From Thermoproteota archaeon (lineage in GTDB: Archaea > Korarchaeota > Korarchaeia > Korarchaeales > Korarchaeaceae), in assembly GCA_027491435.1 (NCBI GenBank), contig JAOZFG010000028.1:1-64000 (forward strand): DNA of 64,000 nucleotides, in the 5' to 3' direction. The stretch's first letter is position 1. The number at the start of each line of letters is the position of its first letter. The position numbers were made by a program, and so were the translations under genes. Below are positions 47,343 to 56,873 of this stretch, one piece after another. The notes under the pieces were generated by a model. That model saw nothing but the letters and a program-made list of their open reading frames with translations, did not search any database and had not been told where the DNA came from.

Positions 47343-48269
47343 TCACTTCCTCCTGAGCCTCGGGTTCACGTATATCTCAAGGGCCTGTCCCACCAACAGT
47401 AGGGAGAGGACGCTCAGGGATATCATAAGCCCTGGAGGTATGACCCAGTTCCACAGGCCTAACACCATGGCCTGCCTCTGGAAGGCGTAGTGAAGCATCA
47501 TGCCCCAGCTCTTCTTAGTTGCGTCTCCCAGTCCTAAGAAGCTTAGGGAGGCCTCTATTAACATGTTGCTGGCGGTCCTCAGAAGGGTCTCTGCCAGTAT
47601 CAAGGGAGCTGTGTTGGGCAGGAGGTACTTGATCATTACGTACCAGTCCTTGGCCCCTAGGGCCCTGACGCTCTCCACGAAGGGCCTCTCCTTTAGCGAG
47701 AGGATCATGCTCCTTACCACCCTAGCCACTGTAGGCCAGCTGGTTATGGCTATAGCTATTATAAGCACTAGGAACATCTGAGTTACCAGCCAAGTCCCCT
47801 TGAATACCATGGCCAAGAATATGACCAGCAGGAGGTTTGGCATCACCATGAAGAGGTCTACCACCCTCATCAGCACTTCGTCCACGACCCCGCCCTTGTA
47901 CCCTGCGACCATCCCAACCACTACGCCTATCAGCACCGCCGATAGGGCTGACACTATGCCTATAGTAAGGGAGACGTTGGCCCCGTATATCAGCTCGCTT
48001 AGTATATCTTGACCTGCATCGTTGGTGCCAAGCGGGTGTTTCCAGCTTGGAGGCTCTAATGGCTTGCCGGTCCTCTTGTAAGGGTCGTAGGGGGCTATGA
48101 AGGGGGCGAACACCGCCATGAAGACTATGGCAGACAACATTATTAACCCGGCCATTGAGGCCCTGTTTCCCCTAACTATAGACCAGAACTCTTTTACTCC
48201 CTGAATTCTCCTCTGCCAACCTGTCTTCTTCAGGTTCCTTATTAGCTCCTCCCTCGATACAGACATCAC
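47343..48269 (-). CDS. Oligopeptide ABC permease (OppC/DppC)
   Basis: HPLGTNDAGQDI, FVESVRALGA and EASLSFLGLG motifs. Confidence 0.93.
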   Translation of the reverse strand: MMSVSREELIRNLKKTGWQRRIQGVKEFWSIVRGNRASMAGLIMLSAIVFMAVFAPFIAPYDPYKRTGKPLEPPSWKHPLGTNDAGQDILSELIYGANVSLTIGIVSALSAVLIGVVVGMVAGYKGGVVDEVLMRVVDLFMVMPNLLLVIFLAMVFKGTWLVTQMFLVLIIAIAITSWPTVARVVRSMILSLKERPFVESVRALGAKDWYVMIKYLLPNTAPLILAETLLRTASNMLIEASLSFLGLGDATKKSWGMMLHYAFQRQAMVLGLWNWVIPPGLMISLSVLSLLLVGQALEIYVNPRLRRK

Positions 48270-49243
48270 GTCACCCTAACCCTGGGATCTAACAACCCGT
48301 AGAGTAGGTCGGCCACCAAATTCGCCAGGAGCACAGTTATAGTCATTATAAGGAAGGTTCCCTGGACCAGGAAGTAGTCGTCGTTCATTATGGCTTCGAA
48401 TATGAGCCTCCCAGTCCCGGGATAGCTGAACACGGTCTCAGTGAGTATGGCCCCGTTTATCATGAACCCGAACCTGAGGGCCGTGACCGTGACCATGGGC
48501 AGTATGGCTACCCTAGCGGCGTGCCTGTACATGACCTTTCTTTCGGCTAAGCCCTTAAGCTTGGCCATCCAGACGAAGTCCTGCCCCATAACCTCAACCA
48601 TGGCGTTTCTCATATAGAGCATGTACATCCCTATCTCCCTGACCACCAGCACGGTTATTGGAAGGGTGGCATGCCAGAGCACGTCCGCTAAGTAGTCCAA
48701 GAAGGATGAGAACTCTTTGGCCGGGGTCACGGAGCCTGCTAGTGGGAACAATCCCAAGTAGTAGCCGAAAAACATCAGGAATATTAGGGCGAGCCAGAAG
48801 TGGGGGGTGCTCCTGATGAAAAGAGCAGTCGAAGTGACCCAGACGTCGTACCTAGTCCCGTGCTTCCAGGCAGTCTTCATTCCCAGGTAGATGCTGAGCA
48901 CAGTGGAGATTATGATGGCAGGAAGTAAGAGGAGCAGGGTCCAGGGGAGCCTCTCCATTATAACGTCTATGACTGGCCTCTGGTAGTGCAGGGAGTAGCC
49001 CAGCTCCCCCCTGAAGGCGTTCACTATGAAGTCTATGTACTGCTCCCAAAGGGGCTTGTCAAGCCCGTAAACTGCCTTTATCTTCTCTATCTGCTCGGGG
49101 GTTATCCTGGGATCCTCTAAGACCAGCTGGCCGAAGGGATCTCCCACCAGCCTGACCATCACGAACACGAAGGTGACGGCCGCTATAAACGTCAAAAATA
49201 TGGCCAGAACCTTTCTTACTATAAATGCTGTGTAACTGGCCAT
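48266..49243 (-). CDS. Oligopeptide ABC permease (OppB/DppB)
   Basis: YGLDKPLWEQY, AKLKGL and ETVFSYPG motifs. Confidence 0.93.
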   Translation of the reverse strand: MASYTAFIVRKVLAIFLTFIAAVTFVFVMVRLVGDPFGQLVLEDPRITPEQIEKIKAVYGLDKPLWEQYIDFIVNAFRGELGYSLHYQRPVIDVIMERLPWTLLLLLPAIIISTVLSIYLGMKTAWKHGTRYDVWVTSTALFIRSTPHFWLALIFLMFFGYYLGLFPLAGSVTPAKEFSSFLDYLADVLWHATLPITVLVVREIGMYMLYMRNAMVEVMGQDFVWMAKLKGLAERKVMYRHAARVAILPMVTVTALRFGFMINGAILTETVFSYPGTGRLIFEAIMNDDYFLVQGTFLIMTITVLLANLVADLLYGLLDPRVRVT

Positions 49244-49271
49244 CGGGACACCCTAAAAAATAGAGAGGGGG

Positions 49272-51086
49272 TTAGGACTTCCTCTTCAGGAGGAACCATA
49301 GCAGGGCGAGCACTATCACTATGACGATTATCCAGAGCGCCCATCCGTAATCGGGCTGCGCTGGCTGCGTTGTGGTGGCAGGTTTGGTTGTAGGAGTTGT
49401 CGAGGGAGCTGGCTGCTGTGTGGTAGGAGCAGTTTTAGTTGGGCTGGGCGTGCTGGTCGGCTTAGCGGCAGCCTTGGGCTTCAGGTTCAGCATGGTCCAC
49501 CTGTTCACTATCCAGTCGAACTTGACCTCGACCCAGCCCTCAAACCTGTCAGTCCTGTACGGGTTCAGGATTACCGGGTAGTAGAGCGTTATTAGCGGCA
49601 GGATATCAGCTATCTTCTTCTGTATCTCACAAGCAAGCTGCTTCCTCTTGTTCACGTCAAGGGTCACAGCCTGCTCATCCAGTAGCTTGTCAAGCTCTGG
49701 ATCTGAGAGCTCATAGTAGTTAGCTGAAGCTCCGGTCTTGAACCTGAGCCTCATCCAGTCGGGGTCTGGCTCCGTTGGACCAGCTCCCAGTATGAAGCTG
49801 TCGAACTTGTGGGCCTTTATGCCAGGCCATACGACTCCCTTCCAGTCAGCCACCTGCACCGTTACCTTAACCCCTATCTTGGCCAAGTAGTCTTTGATCA
49901 TCTCAGCCGCCCTAACTCTGGCAGGGTCGTAGCTTGGCGGATATATCTCGAAGGCCACGTCCTTACCGTCTGGGGTCTCCCTTATCCCATCTCCGTCCCT
50001 GTCTACCCATCCGAGCTCGTCCAGTAGCTTCTTGGCCTTCTCTGGGTCGTAAGAATACATCTTACCGGCTTCCTCGCAGTACCAGTCCTTCCAAACGGGT
50101 GGCATTATCCCGTAGCTTCCAGGTTCTCCAGCGCCTAGCCTGGCCACCTCCACTATCTCCGTCAGGTTTATAGCGTAGGCCATAGCCTTCCTGAACTTCT
50201 GCTCGGTGAACGGGAAGTGCTTAAGGTTGAATCCCCAGTGGTAGAAGTAGGGCCTAAGGTACTTGTGTATCTTCACCCCAGCCGCCTTCAAGTCCTTCTC
50301 TACTGCCGGGTTTATTGACAAGTGTATTGCGGCGTCAATTTCTCCCCTCTTTATCATGAGCACCTGGGTGTCTCCCTCCTTAACGAACTGAATCACCACG
50401 GTCTTCACCGCTGGAGCTCCCTTCCAGTAGTTCTCATTGGCAACTAACTTCACGTACTCATTTATCTTGTACTCCACAACTTTGAAGGGCCCAGTTCCAA
50501 CGACCTCACTTATCTTGGGCTCGTACTTGGAGGCCACGAAACCTTCCTTGCTCACTATAGGCTCCCAGATGTGCTTGGGCATTATCGGGTTAGTGAGCAT
50601 CGTGTTAACTACGGCGACAAAGGGTTCAGTCAGGTAGAGCTTTACGGTATAGTCGTCAACTACTTCAACGTGGTCAAGGTACTCCATGTCGGAGTGACCC
50701 CTCTTGGCGGTGACGTCCTTCTTGAAGTACTCGAAGGTGAACTTGACGTCCTCGGCCGTGAAGGGCTTGCCATCCTGCCACTTAATCCCCTTCCGTAACT
50801 TTATCGTCCAAACCTTTCCGTCCGGCGAGGCTTCCCACGACTCCGCTAGCCAAGGTATGTACTTGCCCTCCGGATTAGTAGTGGCCAGGGGCTCGAAAAT
50901 CATGTCCAACACGATAATCGTCCAAGTTGACGTGTCAGACCACGGGTTCAATGTTTGCGGGGGGCTGGGTAAGGCTATCCTCAGGACAGGCTCCTCAGCT
51001 GAGCGTACGGGCGCTATAGGAAGGGCTATCATAGCAACTAGGAGAGTAATTATTAAAATCTTAAACGCGTTTCTTGCACTGCCCAT
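49272..51086 (-). CDS. Oligopeptide ABC substrate-binding protein (family 5) with Thr/Pro linker and C-terminal anchor
   Basis: PWLAESWE, WQDGKPFTAEDVKFT and VGTGPF motifs; PT-rich linker; C-terminal TM. Confidence 0.95.
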   Translation of the reverse strand: MGSARNAFKILIITLLVAMIALPIAPVRSAEEPVLRIALPSPPQTLNPWSDTSTWTIIVLDMIFEPLATTNPEGKYIPWLAESWEASPDGKVWTIKLRKGIKWQDGKPFTAEDVKFTFEYFKKDVTAKRGHSDMEYLDHVEVVDDYTVKLYLTEPFVAVVNTMLTNPIMPKHIWEPIVSKEGFVASKYEPKISEVVGTGPFKVVEYKINEYVKLVANENYWKGAPAVKTVVIQFVKEGDTQVLMIKRGEIDAAIHLSINPAVEKDLKAAGVKIHKYLRPYFYHWGFNLKHFPFTEQKFRKAMAYAINLTEIVEVARLGAGEPGSYGIMPPVWKDWYCEEAGKMYSYDPEKAKKLLDELGWVDRDGDGIRETPDGKDVAFEIYPPSYDPARVRAAEMIKDYLAKIGVKVTVQVADWKGVVWPGIKAHKFDSFILGAGPTEPDPDWMRLRFKTGASANYYELSDPELDKLLDEQAVTLDVNKRKQLACEIQKKIADILPLITLYYPVILNPYRTDRFEGWVEVKFDWIVNRWTMLNLKPKAAAKPTSTPSPTKTAPTTQQPAPSTTPTTKPATTTQPAQPDYGWALWIIVIVIVLALLWFLLKRKS

Positions 51087-51143
51087 TATATCACCCAGTT
51101 ATCTACCAGGTTGCATTAGAGCTGATCTATACGAGTGCCCAAT

Positions 51144-51155
51144 ACATTTAAATGT
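51144..51155. promoter_or_regulatory. Palindromic TATA-containing element between the divergent opp operons
   Basis: Perfect palindrome ACATTTAAATGT. Confidence 0.4.
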
Positions 51156-51185
51156 TTAGGTGTCATTCTCACATTAGAGATCAGA

Positions 51186-52181
51186 ATGAAGGGAGATGGG
51201 CCATTTCCAGCTTCCAATAACGTTCTATTGGAGGTTAGAAACCTCAGAGTTATATACGATACTACCTTCGGAAAGGTTGACGCAGTATCCCAAGTGAGCT
51301 TTCACGTTAATGAAAATGAGTTTTTCGGGCTGGCAGGGGAGTCGGGATGCGGCAAGAGCACGGTAGCTTACTCCCTAGTTAGAGAAGTCCCTCCGCCGGG
51401 TAAGATAGTGGGAGGCCAGATCCTGCTTAACGGCAGGGACCTGCTCAAGCTCAGCAATGAGGAGATGAGGAAAGTCAGGTGGAAGGAGGTAAGCGTCATA
51501 CCTCAAGCGGCCATGAACGCTTTGAACCCTGTATACACTGTTGGAGATCAGATAGCCGAGGCCATAATGGAGCACGAGAAGGCCCCCAAGGACGAGGCTC
51601 TAGCCAGGGCCGAGGAGCTCCTGGACCTAGTTGGAGTTGGGAGGCATAGGGTTAGGAGCTACCCTCACGAGCTCTCCGGGGGTCAGAGGCAGAGGGTCAT
51701 GATAGCCATGGCCCTGGCCCTCAACCCTCCCCTGGTGATAGCCGACGAACCCACAACGGCCTTGGACGTGGTGGTACAGGCGCAAATACTCAACCTCTTC
51801 AAGGAGTTGAGGGACAAGTTCGGCATGTCGATGATCTTCATAACCCACGACCTTACCACAATGTTCGAGTTAGTGGATAGGATAGCGATAATGTATGCGG
51901 GCAAGATAGTGGAGATAGGGCCCACCGACAAGATAGTGGACGATCCCCTACACCCCTACACCCAGCTACTGGTCAAGGCCGTGCCCAGGATAGGCAAGGG
52001 GGAAAGGGGGAAGTTCGAGTACATCCCAGGATCCCCTCCAAACTTGTTGGAGCCTCCGCCAGGCTGCAGGTTCCATCCTAGGTGTCCCAAGAGGTTTGAG
52101 CCCTGCGACAGGGAGGAGCCCAGGATTATCCAAGTGGACAGGGACAGGTGGGTGGCCTGTCACCTCTTCGGGAGGGGCTGA
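51186..52181 (+). CDS. Oligopeptide ABC ATPase (OppD)
   Basis: GESGCGKST, LSGGQRQR, ADEPTT and C-terminal CRFHPRC...VACH motifs. Confidence 0.94.
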   Translation: MKGDGPFPASNNVLLEVRNLRVIYDTTFGKVDAVSQVSFHVNENEFFGLAGESGCGKSTVAYSLVREVPPPGKIVGGQILLNGRDLLKLSNEEMRKVRWKEVSVIPQAAMNALNPVYTVGDQIAEAIMEHEKAPKDEALARAEELLDLVGVGRHRVRSYPHELSGGQRQRVMIAMALALNPPLVIADEPTTALDVVVQAQILNLFKELRDKFGMSMIFITHDLTTMFELVDRIAIMYAGKIVEIGPTDKIVDDPLHPYTQLLVKAVPRIGKGERGKFEYIPGSPPNLLEPPPGCRFHPRCPKRFEPCDREEPRIIQVDRDRWVACHLFGRG

Positions 52182-52182
52182 C

Positions 52183-53163
52183 ATGCTGATAAGGGTTGAA
52201 AACTTGACCAAGCACTTCCCCGTAAGGAGGAGCTGGTCTGACATAGTTATGGGAGCTCCTCAGAAGTTCGTTAAGGCTGTTAACGGTATTTCTTTCACAA
52301 TAGAGGAAAAAGAGGTCTTCTGCCTGGCTGGGGAGTCGGGGTGCGGCAAGAGCACCACGGGAAGGTTGCTGATAAGGCTTCTGGAACCTACTTCAGGGCA
52401 CGTCTACTTCAAGGGCAGGGACATATATAGCATACCCAGGAGGGAGTTCAGGGAGTACAGGAAGCTCATGCAGATAATATTCCAGGACCCCTACGAATCC
52501 CTGAACCCCAGGATGACCGTTTACGACCTTATAGAGGAACCACTACGAATCCACCGGATAGGGGATCAGGAGGAGAGGTTCGACAAGGTCTATCAGGCCC
52601 TGCAAGACGTTGGGCTCGAGCCCCCCGAGGACTTCATGATCAGGTTCCCCCACCAGCTCTCCGGCGGTCAGAGGCAAAGGGTAGCCATAGCCAGGGCCTT
52701 AATACTTAATCCTGAGTTCGTAGTGGCTGACGAGCCCGTCAGCATGCTAGACGTGTCGATAAGGGCTGGTATACTGGAGCTCATGCTCAGGTTGAAGAGG
52801 AAGTACGGGCTAACCTACTTGTTCATAACCCACGACCTTTCAGTTGCCTATCACATGTGTGACAGGATAGCCATAATGTACCTGGGCAAGATAGTGGAGA
52901 TGGGACCGTCTGAACGTGTGATAATGGAACCACTTCACCCCTACACGAAGGCCCTAGTTGCTGCCGTGCCTAAAGGAGAGCCTAAGCTTAGGCATGAGAT
53001 AAAACACGTTCCTATAAAAGGGGACGTGCCAAGCCCTATAGACCTGCCCAAGGGTTGCATCTTCAACCCGAGGTGTGTGGAGAGGTTTGAGCCCTGCGAT
53101 AAGGAGGAACCTCCTCTTGTGGAGGTTGACGGCAGGCTAGTGGCCTGCCACCTTTACAGGTGA
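52183..53163 (+). CDS. Oligopeptide ABC ATPase (OppF)
   Basis: GESGCGKST, FQDPYESLNP and ADEPVSMLD motifs. Confidence 0.94.
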   Translation: MLIRVENLTKHFPVRRSWSDIVMGAPQKFVKAVNGISFTIEEKEVFCLAGESGCGKSTTGRLLIRLLEPTSGHVYFKGRDIYSIPRREFREYRKLMQIIFQDPYESLNPRMTVYDLIEEPLRIHRIGDQEERFDKVYQALQDVGLEPPEDFMIRFPHQLSGGQRQRVAIARALILNPEFVVADEPVSMLDVSIRAGILELMLRLKRKYGLTYLFITHDLSVAYHMCDRIAIMYLGKIVEMGPSERVIMEPLHPYTKALVAAVPKGEPKLRHEIKHVPIKGDVPSPIDLPKGCIFNPRCVERFEPCDKEEPPLVEVDGRLVACHLYR

Positions 53164-53167
53164 TCTT

Positions 53168-54385
53168 ATGTGCAGACCAGCTGAGGAGCTTTATGAGGAG
53201 GCTGTAGAGCTTACCAAATCCCTCGTCTCCATACCCAGCGTGACTGGGGAGGAGGAAGAGATTTCCAAGTTTTTGGAGGACTGGCTAAAGGATAAGGGGG
53301 TTGACTCCTGGAGGGACGAGGTAAATAACGTTATATCCCAGTCCAAGGAGTCGGACTTCTTCCTGATCTTCAACGGCCACATGGATACGGTACCCCCTCA
53401 AGAGGGGTGGACCAAGGACCCCTTCCAGCCGGTAGTTGAGGGGGACAGGCTTTACGGTCTAGGGAGCTCTGACATGAAGGGAGGACTCGCCGCTGCAGCC
53501 GTGGTTTACGCTGAACTGGCCAAGTGCACCGATTACCCCTTGATGTTCACAGCGGTAGTCAGGGAGGAGGGGGGCGACGACACCCCTGAGAACATGAGGG
53601 GGGCCCTTTACCTGGCCAGGAACTTCCTGAAGGGGAAGAGGGGAGTGGCCATAGTGGGAGAGGGATCCCTGGACAGGGAGGGCAGGCTCCTAATAAGGAT
53701 AGGGCATAACGGGAAGCTCAGGTTCAGGGTTAGGGTGAGAGGGATAGCTGGCCACGGCTCCAGGCCGGACTTCGCCGTGAACGCCATATACCTGGCTGTT
53801 GAGTTGGTCAGGGCGTTAAAGGAGAGCTACGACGCTACGCTTCCCGTCAAAATACCCAAGGTGACCCTGGACAACCAGGTGAGGCCTCCCCTGTCAGTCA
53901 CCGTTTTCAGGGCCGGGAAGGCGGTGAACCAGATACCGAGCGAGGCTGAGTTCGTGGTGGACAAGAGGGTGGTTTACGGGGAGGACATAGAGGAGCTGAG
54001 GGGGAGATACACTTCCCTGATAGAAGGTGTTATGTCTGCCCTCAGGAGCGCCCTGGCCACCAAACTAGCCACGCTTGAGAGGGAGATAGGAGCTGAGATT
54101 GAGGAGGTTGGGTTGAACAGACCTCCATACATGCTTCCTGACACAGAGGAAGCTAACAGGTTGTTGAACGCCGCCAAGAAGGCCGTTCAGGATGTGGAGG
54201 GCAGGGTTGACCTGTCTTATGGGACCGGATTCACGGACGCCGAGATACTCTGGTCCTTCGCCGGGATTCCCTCCGTTATCATGGGTCCTGGGGGTAGAGC
54301 CCACGTCCAGGACGAGTACTTGGACCTCCCCGCCCTTAGGAAGGTGGTAGAAGCTTACCTGAAGGTTCCGCGTTACCTCTTCTAA
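53168..54385 (+). CDS. M20 family metallopeptidase (ArgE/DapE-like)
   Basis: NGHMDTV, YGLGSSDMKGG, EE and AHVQDE motifs. Confidence 0.92.
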   Translation: MCRPAEELYEEAVELTKSLVSIPSVTGEEEEISKFLEDWLKDKGVDSWRDEVNNVISQSKESDFFLIFNGHMDTVPPQEGWTKDPFQPVVEGDRLYGLGSSDMKGGLAAAAVVYAELAKCTDYPLMFTAVVREEGGDDTPENMRGALYLARNFLKGKRGVAIVGEGSLDREGRLLIRIGHNGKLRFRVRVRGIAGHGSRPDFAVNAIYLAVELVRALKESYDATLPVKIPKVTLDNQVRPPLSVTVFRAGKAVNQIPSEAEFVVDKRVVYGEDIEELRGRYTSLIEGVMSALRSALATKLATLEREIGAEIEEVGLNRPPYMLPDTEEANRLLNAAKKAVQDVEGRVDLSYGTGFTDAEILWSFAGIPSVIMGPGGRAHVQDEYLDLPALRKVVEAYLKVPRYLF

Positions 54386-54410
54386 AGCTTTAGGCTAATA
54401 AGAGGGTGAG

Positions 54411-54959
54411 GTGATGAGGTCCGGATTAAAGGCCTGCCTCCCGCTGCTCTTCCTAGCCTTCCTAATGGGATATGCTTTAAGCCTGTACAGCGGGCCCGTG
54501 GAGAGAGGAGGCCCCATGAAGGGGCCAATCACCCCCTACTTCTGCCCGGAGGATCACTGCGCCTTGAGGGTGATCAGCTGGGTGAACAGGGCGAACAGCT
54601 CGATAGATCTTGCGATATACTCCTTCACCCACGACGACATAAGCAGGGCCCTCATAGAGGCCTACAGGAGGGGGGTGAAGGTCAGGGTCATAATGGAGGA
54701 GAGGAACGTGGACAAGTACAGCGAGTACGAGAAGCTGGTTGAAGCCGGCATACCGGTGAAGCTGGATGAGAACAGCGCCCTGATGCACAACAAGTTCATG
54801 GTGATAGACGGCAAGGTCGTGTTGACGGGAAGTTTCAACTACACCAACAGCGCCGATAAGAGAAATGATGAGAACCTCCTAGTCGTGGTATCGCCGCAGG
54901 TCGCTGAGAGCTACGAGGCCGAATTTAACGAGATGTGGTCTGGGGTATATGGGGGTTAG
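54411..54959 (+). CDS. Membrane-anchored/secreted single-HKD phospholipase D-family nuclease
   Basis: N-terminal hydrophobic segment; HNKFMVID...GSFNYT...NDEN. Confidence 0.9.
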   Translation: MMRSGLKACLPLLFLAFLMGYALSLYSGPVERGGPMKGPITPYFCPEDHCALRVISWVNRANSSIDLAIYSFTHDDISRALIEAYRRGVKVRVIMEERNVDKYSEYEKLVEAGIPVKLDENSALMHNKFMVIDGKVVLTGSFNYTNSADKRNDENLLVVVSPQVAESYEAEFNEMWSGVYGG

Positions 54960-55957
54960 CTCCCCAGCATTTTGACCTCCTCCGGGGGCCTCACCCTCAC
55001 CACCTCCCTGTTCACCAGGTCCTCTGGAATCTGGCCCATGAGCACCTTCACCACGTTTTTTGCAGCCTGATAACTTATGTCCTCCACGGACTCTACGGTG
55101 GCCCCGGCGTAGTGGGGGGTTAGCACCGTTGAGAAGGCCTCGTCGAAGAGCTCGCTCTCGGTCAGAGGTTCGACTGGGTAAACGTCGGTTGCGAAGCCCT
55201 TGAGTTTGCCCTCCTTCAACGCCCTGGCCACGGCCTGAAGGTCCACCAGGGCCCCCCTCCCCACGTTGACTAGGTACTTGCCCTCCATCATCTGTACCCT
55301 CCTCTCGTCAATTATGCGCTCGGTTTCAGGGGTTAGCGGGAGTATCAGCACGATTACGTCGCTCCTCCTTATCAGCTCATCTACCTCCAGGTATTCTGCG
55401 TCGACGTCCTTCCTGGTCCTTGACCAGTACACCACCTCAGTCCCTAAGGCCTTCATCCTCCTTAGGATGGCCTTCCCTATGGCCCCCATGCCCAAAATGC
55501 CCACAGTCTTGCCGAAGAGCATGTTCATCTCCCTGTACCTCGACCAGACCTTCTGGTGGTCGTCCCACTCTCCCCTCCTAACCATGGAGTCGAAGTAGGG
55601 TATCCTCCTCATCAGGGCGATGGTGAGGCCCACGGTGAACTCGGCTACCGCTTCGCTCAGAAGTCCAGTCACCCTAGTGACGTAAATTCCCCTTTTGGTG
55701 GCCTCCTCCACGTCTATGTTGTCGTAACCGGCTGAGTGTGCGCTTATCACCTTCAGCTTGGGAGCCGAGGCTATAAGCTCGGAGTCGAACCTGTAGTTTA
55801 GGGGCACTATGACCGCGTCGTACTCTGGCAACTTCGACTTCAGCTCCTCCCTATCTGGGTAGGGGAGCACGTCCACCTCGCAAAACCTCTTCAGGTACTC
55901 GAGACCCTTGGACTTGATTTTTAACAGGGAGAGCACCTTGGGCCGCATCGGTTGCAA
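54956..55957 (-). CDS. Glyoxylate reductase / D-2-hydroxyacid dehydrogenase
   Basis: SAGYDNID, GILGMGAIG, NVGRG, DVYPVEP and TPHYAG motifs. Confidence 0.92.
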   Translation of the reverse strand: MQPMRPKVLSLLKIKSKGLEYLKRFCEVDVLPYPDREELKSKLPEYDAVIVPLNYRFDSELIASAPKLKVISAHSAGYDNIDVEEATKRGIYVTRVTGLLSEAVAEFTVGLTIALMRRIPYFDSMVRRGEWDDHQKVWSRYREMNMLFGKTVGILGMGAIGKAILRRMKALGTEVVYWSRTRKDVDAEYLEVDELIRRSDVIVLILPLTPETERIIDERRVQMMEGKYLVNVGRGALVDLQAVARALKEGKLKGFATDVYPVEPLTESELFDEAFSTVLTPHYAGATVESVEDISYQAAKNVVKVLMGQIPEDLVNREVVRVRPPEEVKMLGS

Positions 55958-55998
55958 CGACGGGGATAACTTAAAGGTGTGTAGGGTCAGTTATTAAC

Positions 55999-56418
55999 GT
56001 GAAGTCGTCTGAGGTGCCCGCACTTAAGAGATTGCCAGAGGTCGTAAGGGTGCTTAAGGGGAGGAAAGAAGTTCTGTTCGCCTATCTGTTCGGCTCAACA
56101 TCTAGGGGAAAGGCTGGAGCGTTAAGCGACATTGATGTTGCGATTTACCTGAACCCCAAGCTTAAGGAGATGACGCAGGTCTGGCTAGACATAGCCAGTG
56201 AGCTTAGCTTCAAAGATGTACACGTAGACCTGATTCTACTAAACACAGCCAGCTACAGGTTGGCGTTCGAAGCTATAAAGGGGAAGTTACTCTTCTCCAG
56301 GGATGAGAGTGCTAGGAAGGAGTTCGTCTACAGGACCATCAGGACCTACCTAGATAGGAGGTATTACGACCTGCTGAGGGCCTCTCTCTTGGAAAAGAAG
56401 TTGAGGAGGGGTAATTGA
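55999..56418 (+). CDS. MNT antitoxin (MntA-like)
   Basis: YLFGSTSRG...SDIDVA motif. Confidence 0.9.
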   Translation: MKSSEVPALKRLPEVVRVLKGRKEVLFAYLFGSTSRGKAGALSDIDVAIYLNPKLKEMTQVWLDIASELSFKDVHVDLILLNTASYRLAFEAIKGKLLFSRDESARKEFVYRTIRTYLDRRYYDLLRASLLEKKLRRGN

Positions 56419-56852
56419 TGTACTTCAGGGAGAAAGCTTTAGAGAAAATCAGGTACATGAGGCTCTCACTATCTTATCTAGAGAGCAAGAAGGGCGTTAA
56501 ATTGGAAGAGTTGACCTCAAATTACGAGCTGAGATCCGCAATAGAGAGGAACCTACACGTCGCCATTGAGTCAGCCTTAGCTTTAGGGGAGATGATAATA
56601 TCTGAGCTTGGAGGAGAACCCCCTGAGACCAACAGGGAGGTCTTCATAAGGTTAGGGGAGATTGGAGTAATACCTTCGAACTTCGCCGAAAGGTTGGCAC
56701 CACTAGCTGGCTTAAGGAACATCCTGGTTCATCAGTATAACAGGGTAGATCCTCAAAAAATACTAGAGTTTCTCCCAAGAATCATCCGTGATCTTAGAGA
56801 TTACATCGAATACGTAATGATTTTTTTAAGCGAATCAGCGAACGAGAGCTGA
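56415..56852 (+). CDS. HepT/DUF86 HEPN toxin
   Basis: AIERNLH and GLRNILVHQY (RX4HXY) motifs. Confidence 0.92.
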   Translation: MMYFREKALEKIRYMRLSLSYLESKKGVKLEELTSNYELRSAIERNLHVAIESALALGEMIISELGGEPPETNREVFIRLGEIGVIPSNFAERLAPLAGLRNILVHQYNRVDPQKILEFLPRIIRDLRDYIEYVMIFLSESANES

Positions 56853-56873
56853 AAGTCAATTATTTTAATTTTA

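Noticed and set aside
51186-53163. DNA similarity between two adjacent genes
   Set aside because: Ordinary OppD/OppF paralogy.
55999-56852. MNT-HepT pair as a novel defence system
   Set aside because: Well-known, abundant toxin-antitoxin type in thermophilic archaea.
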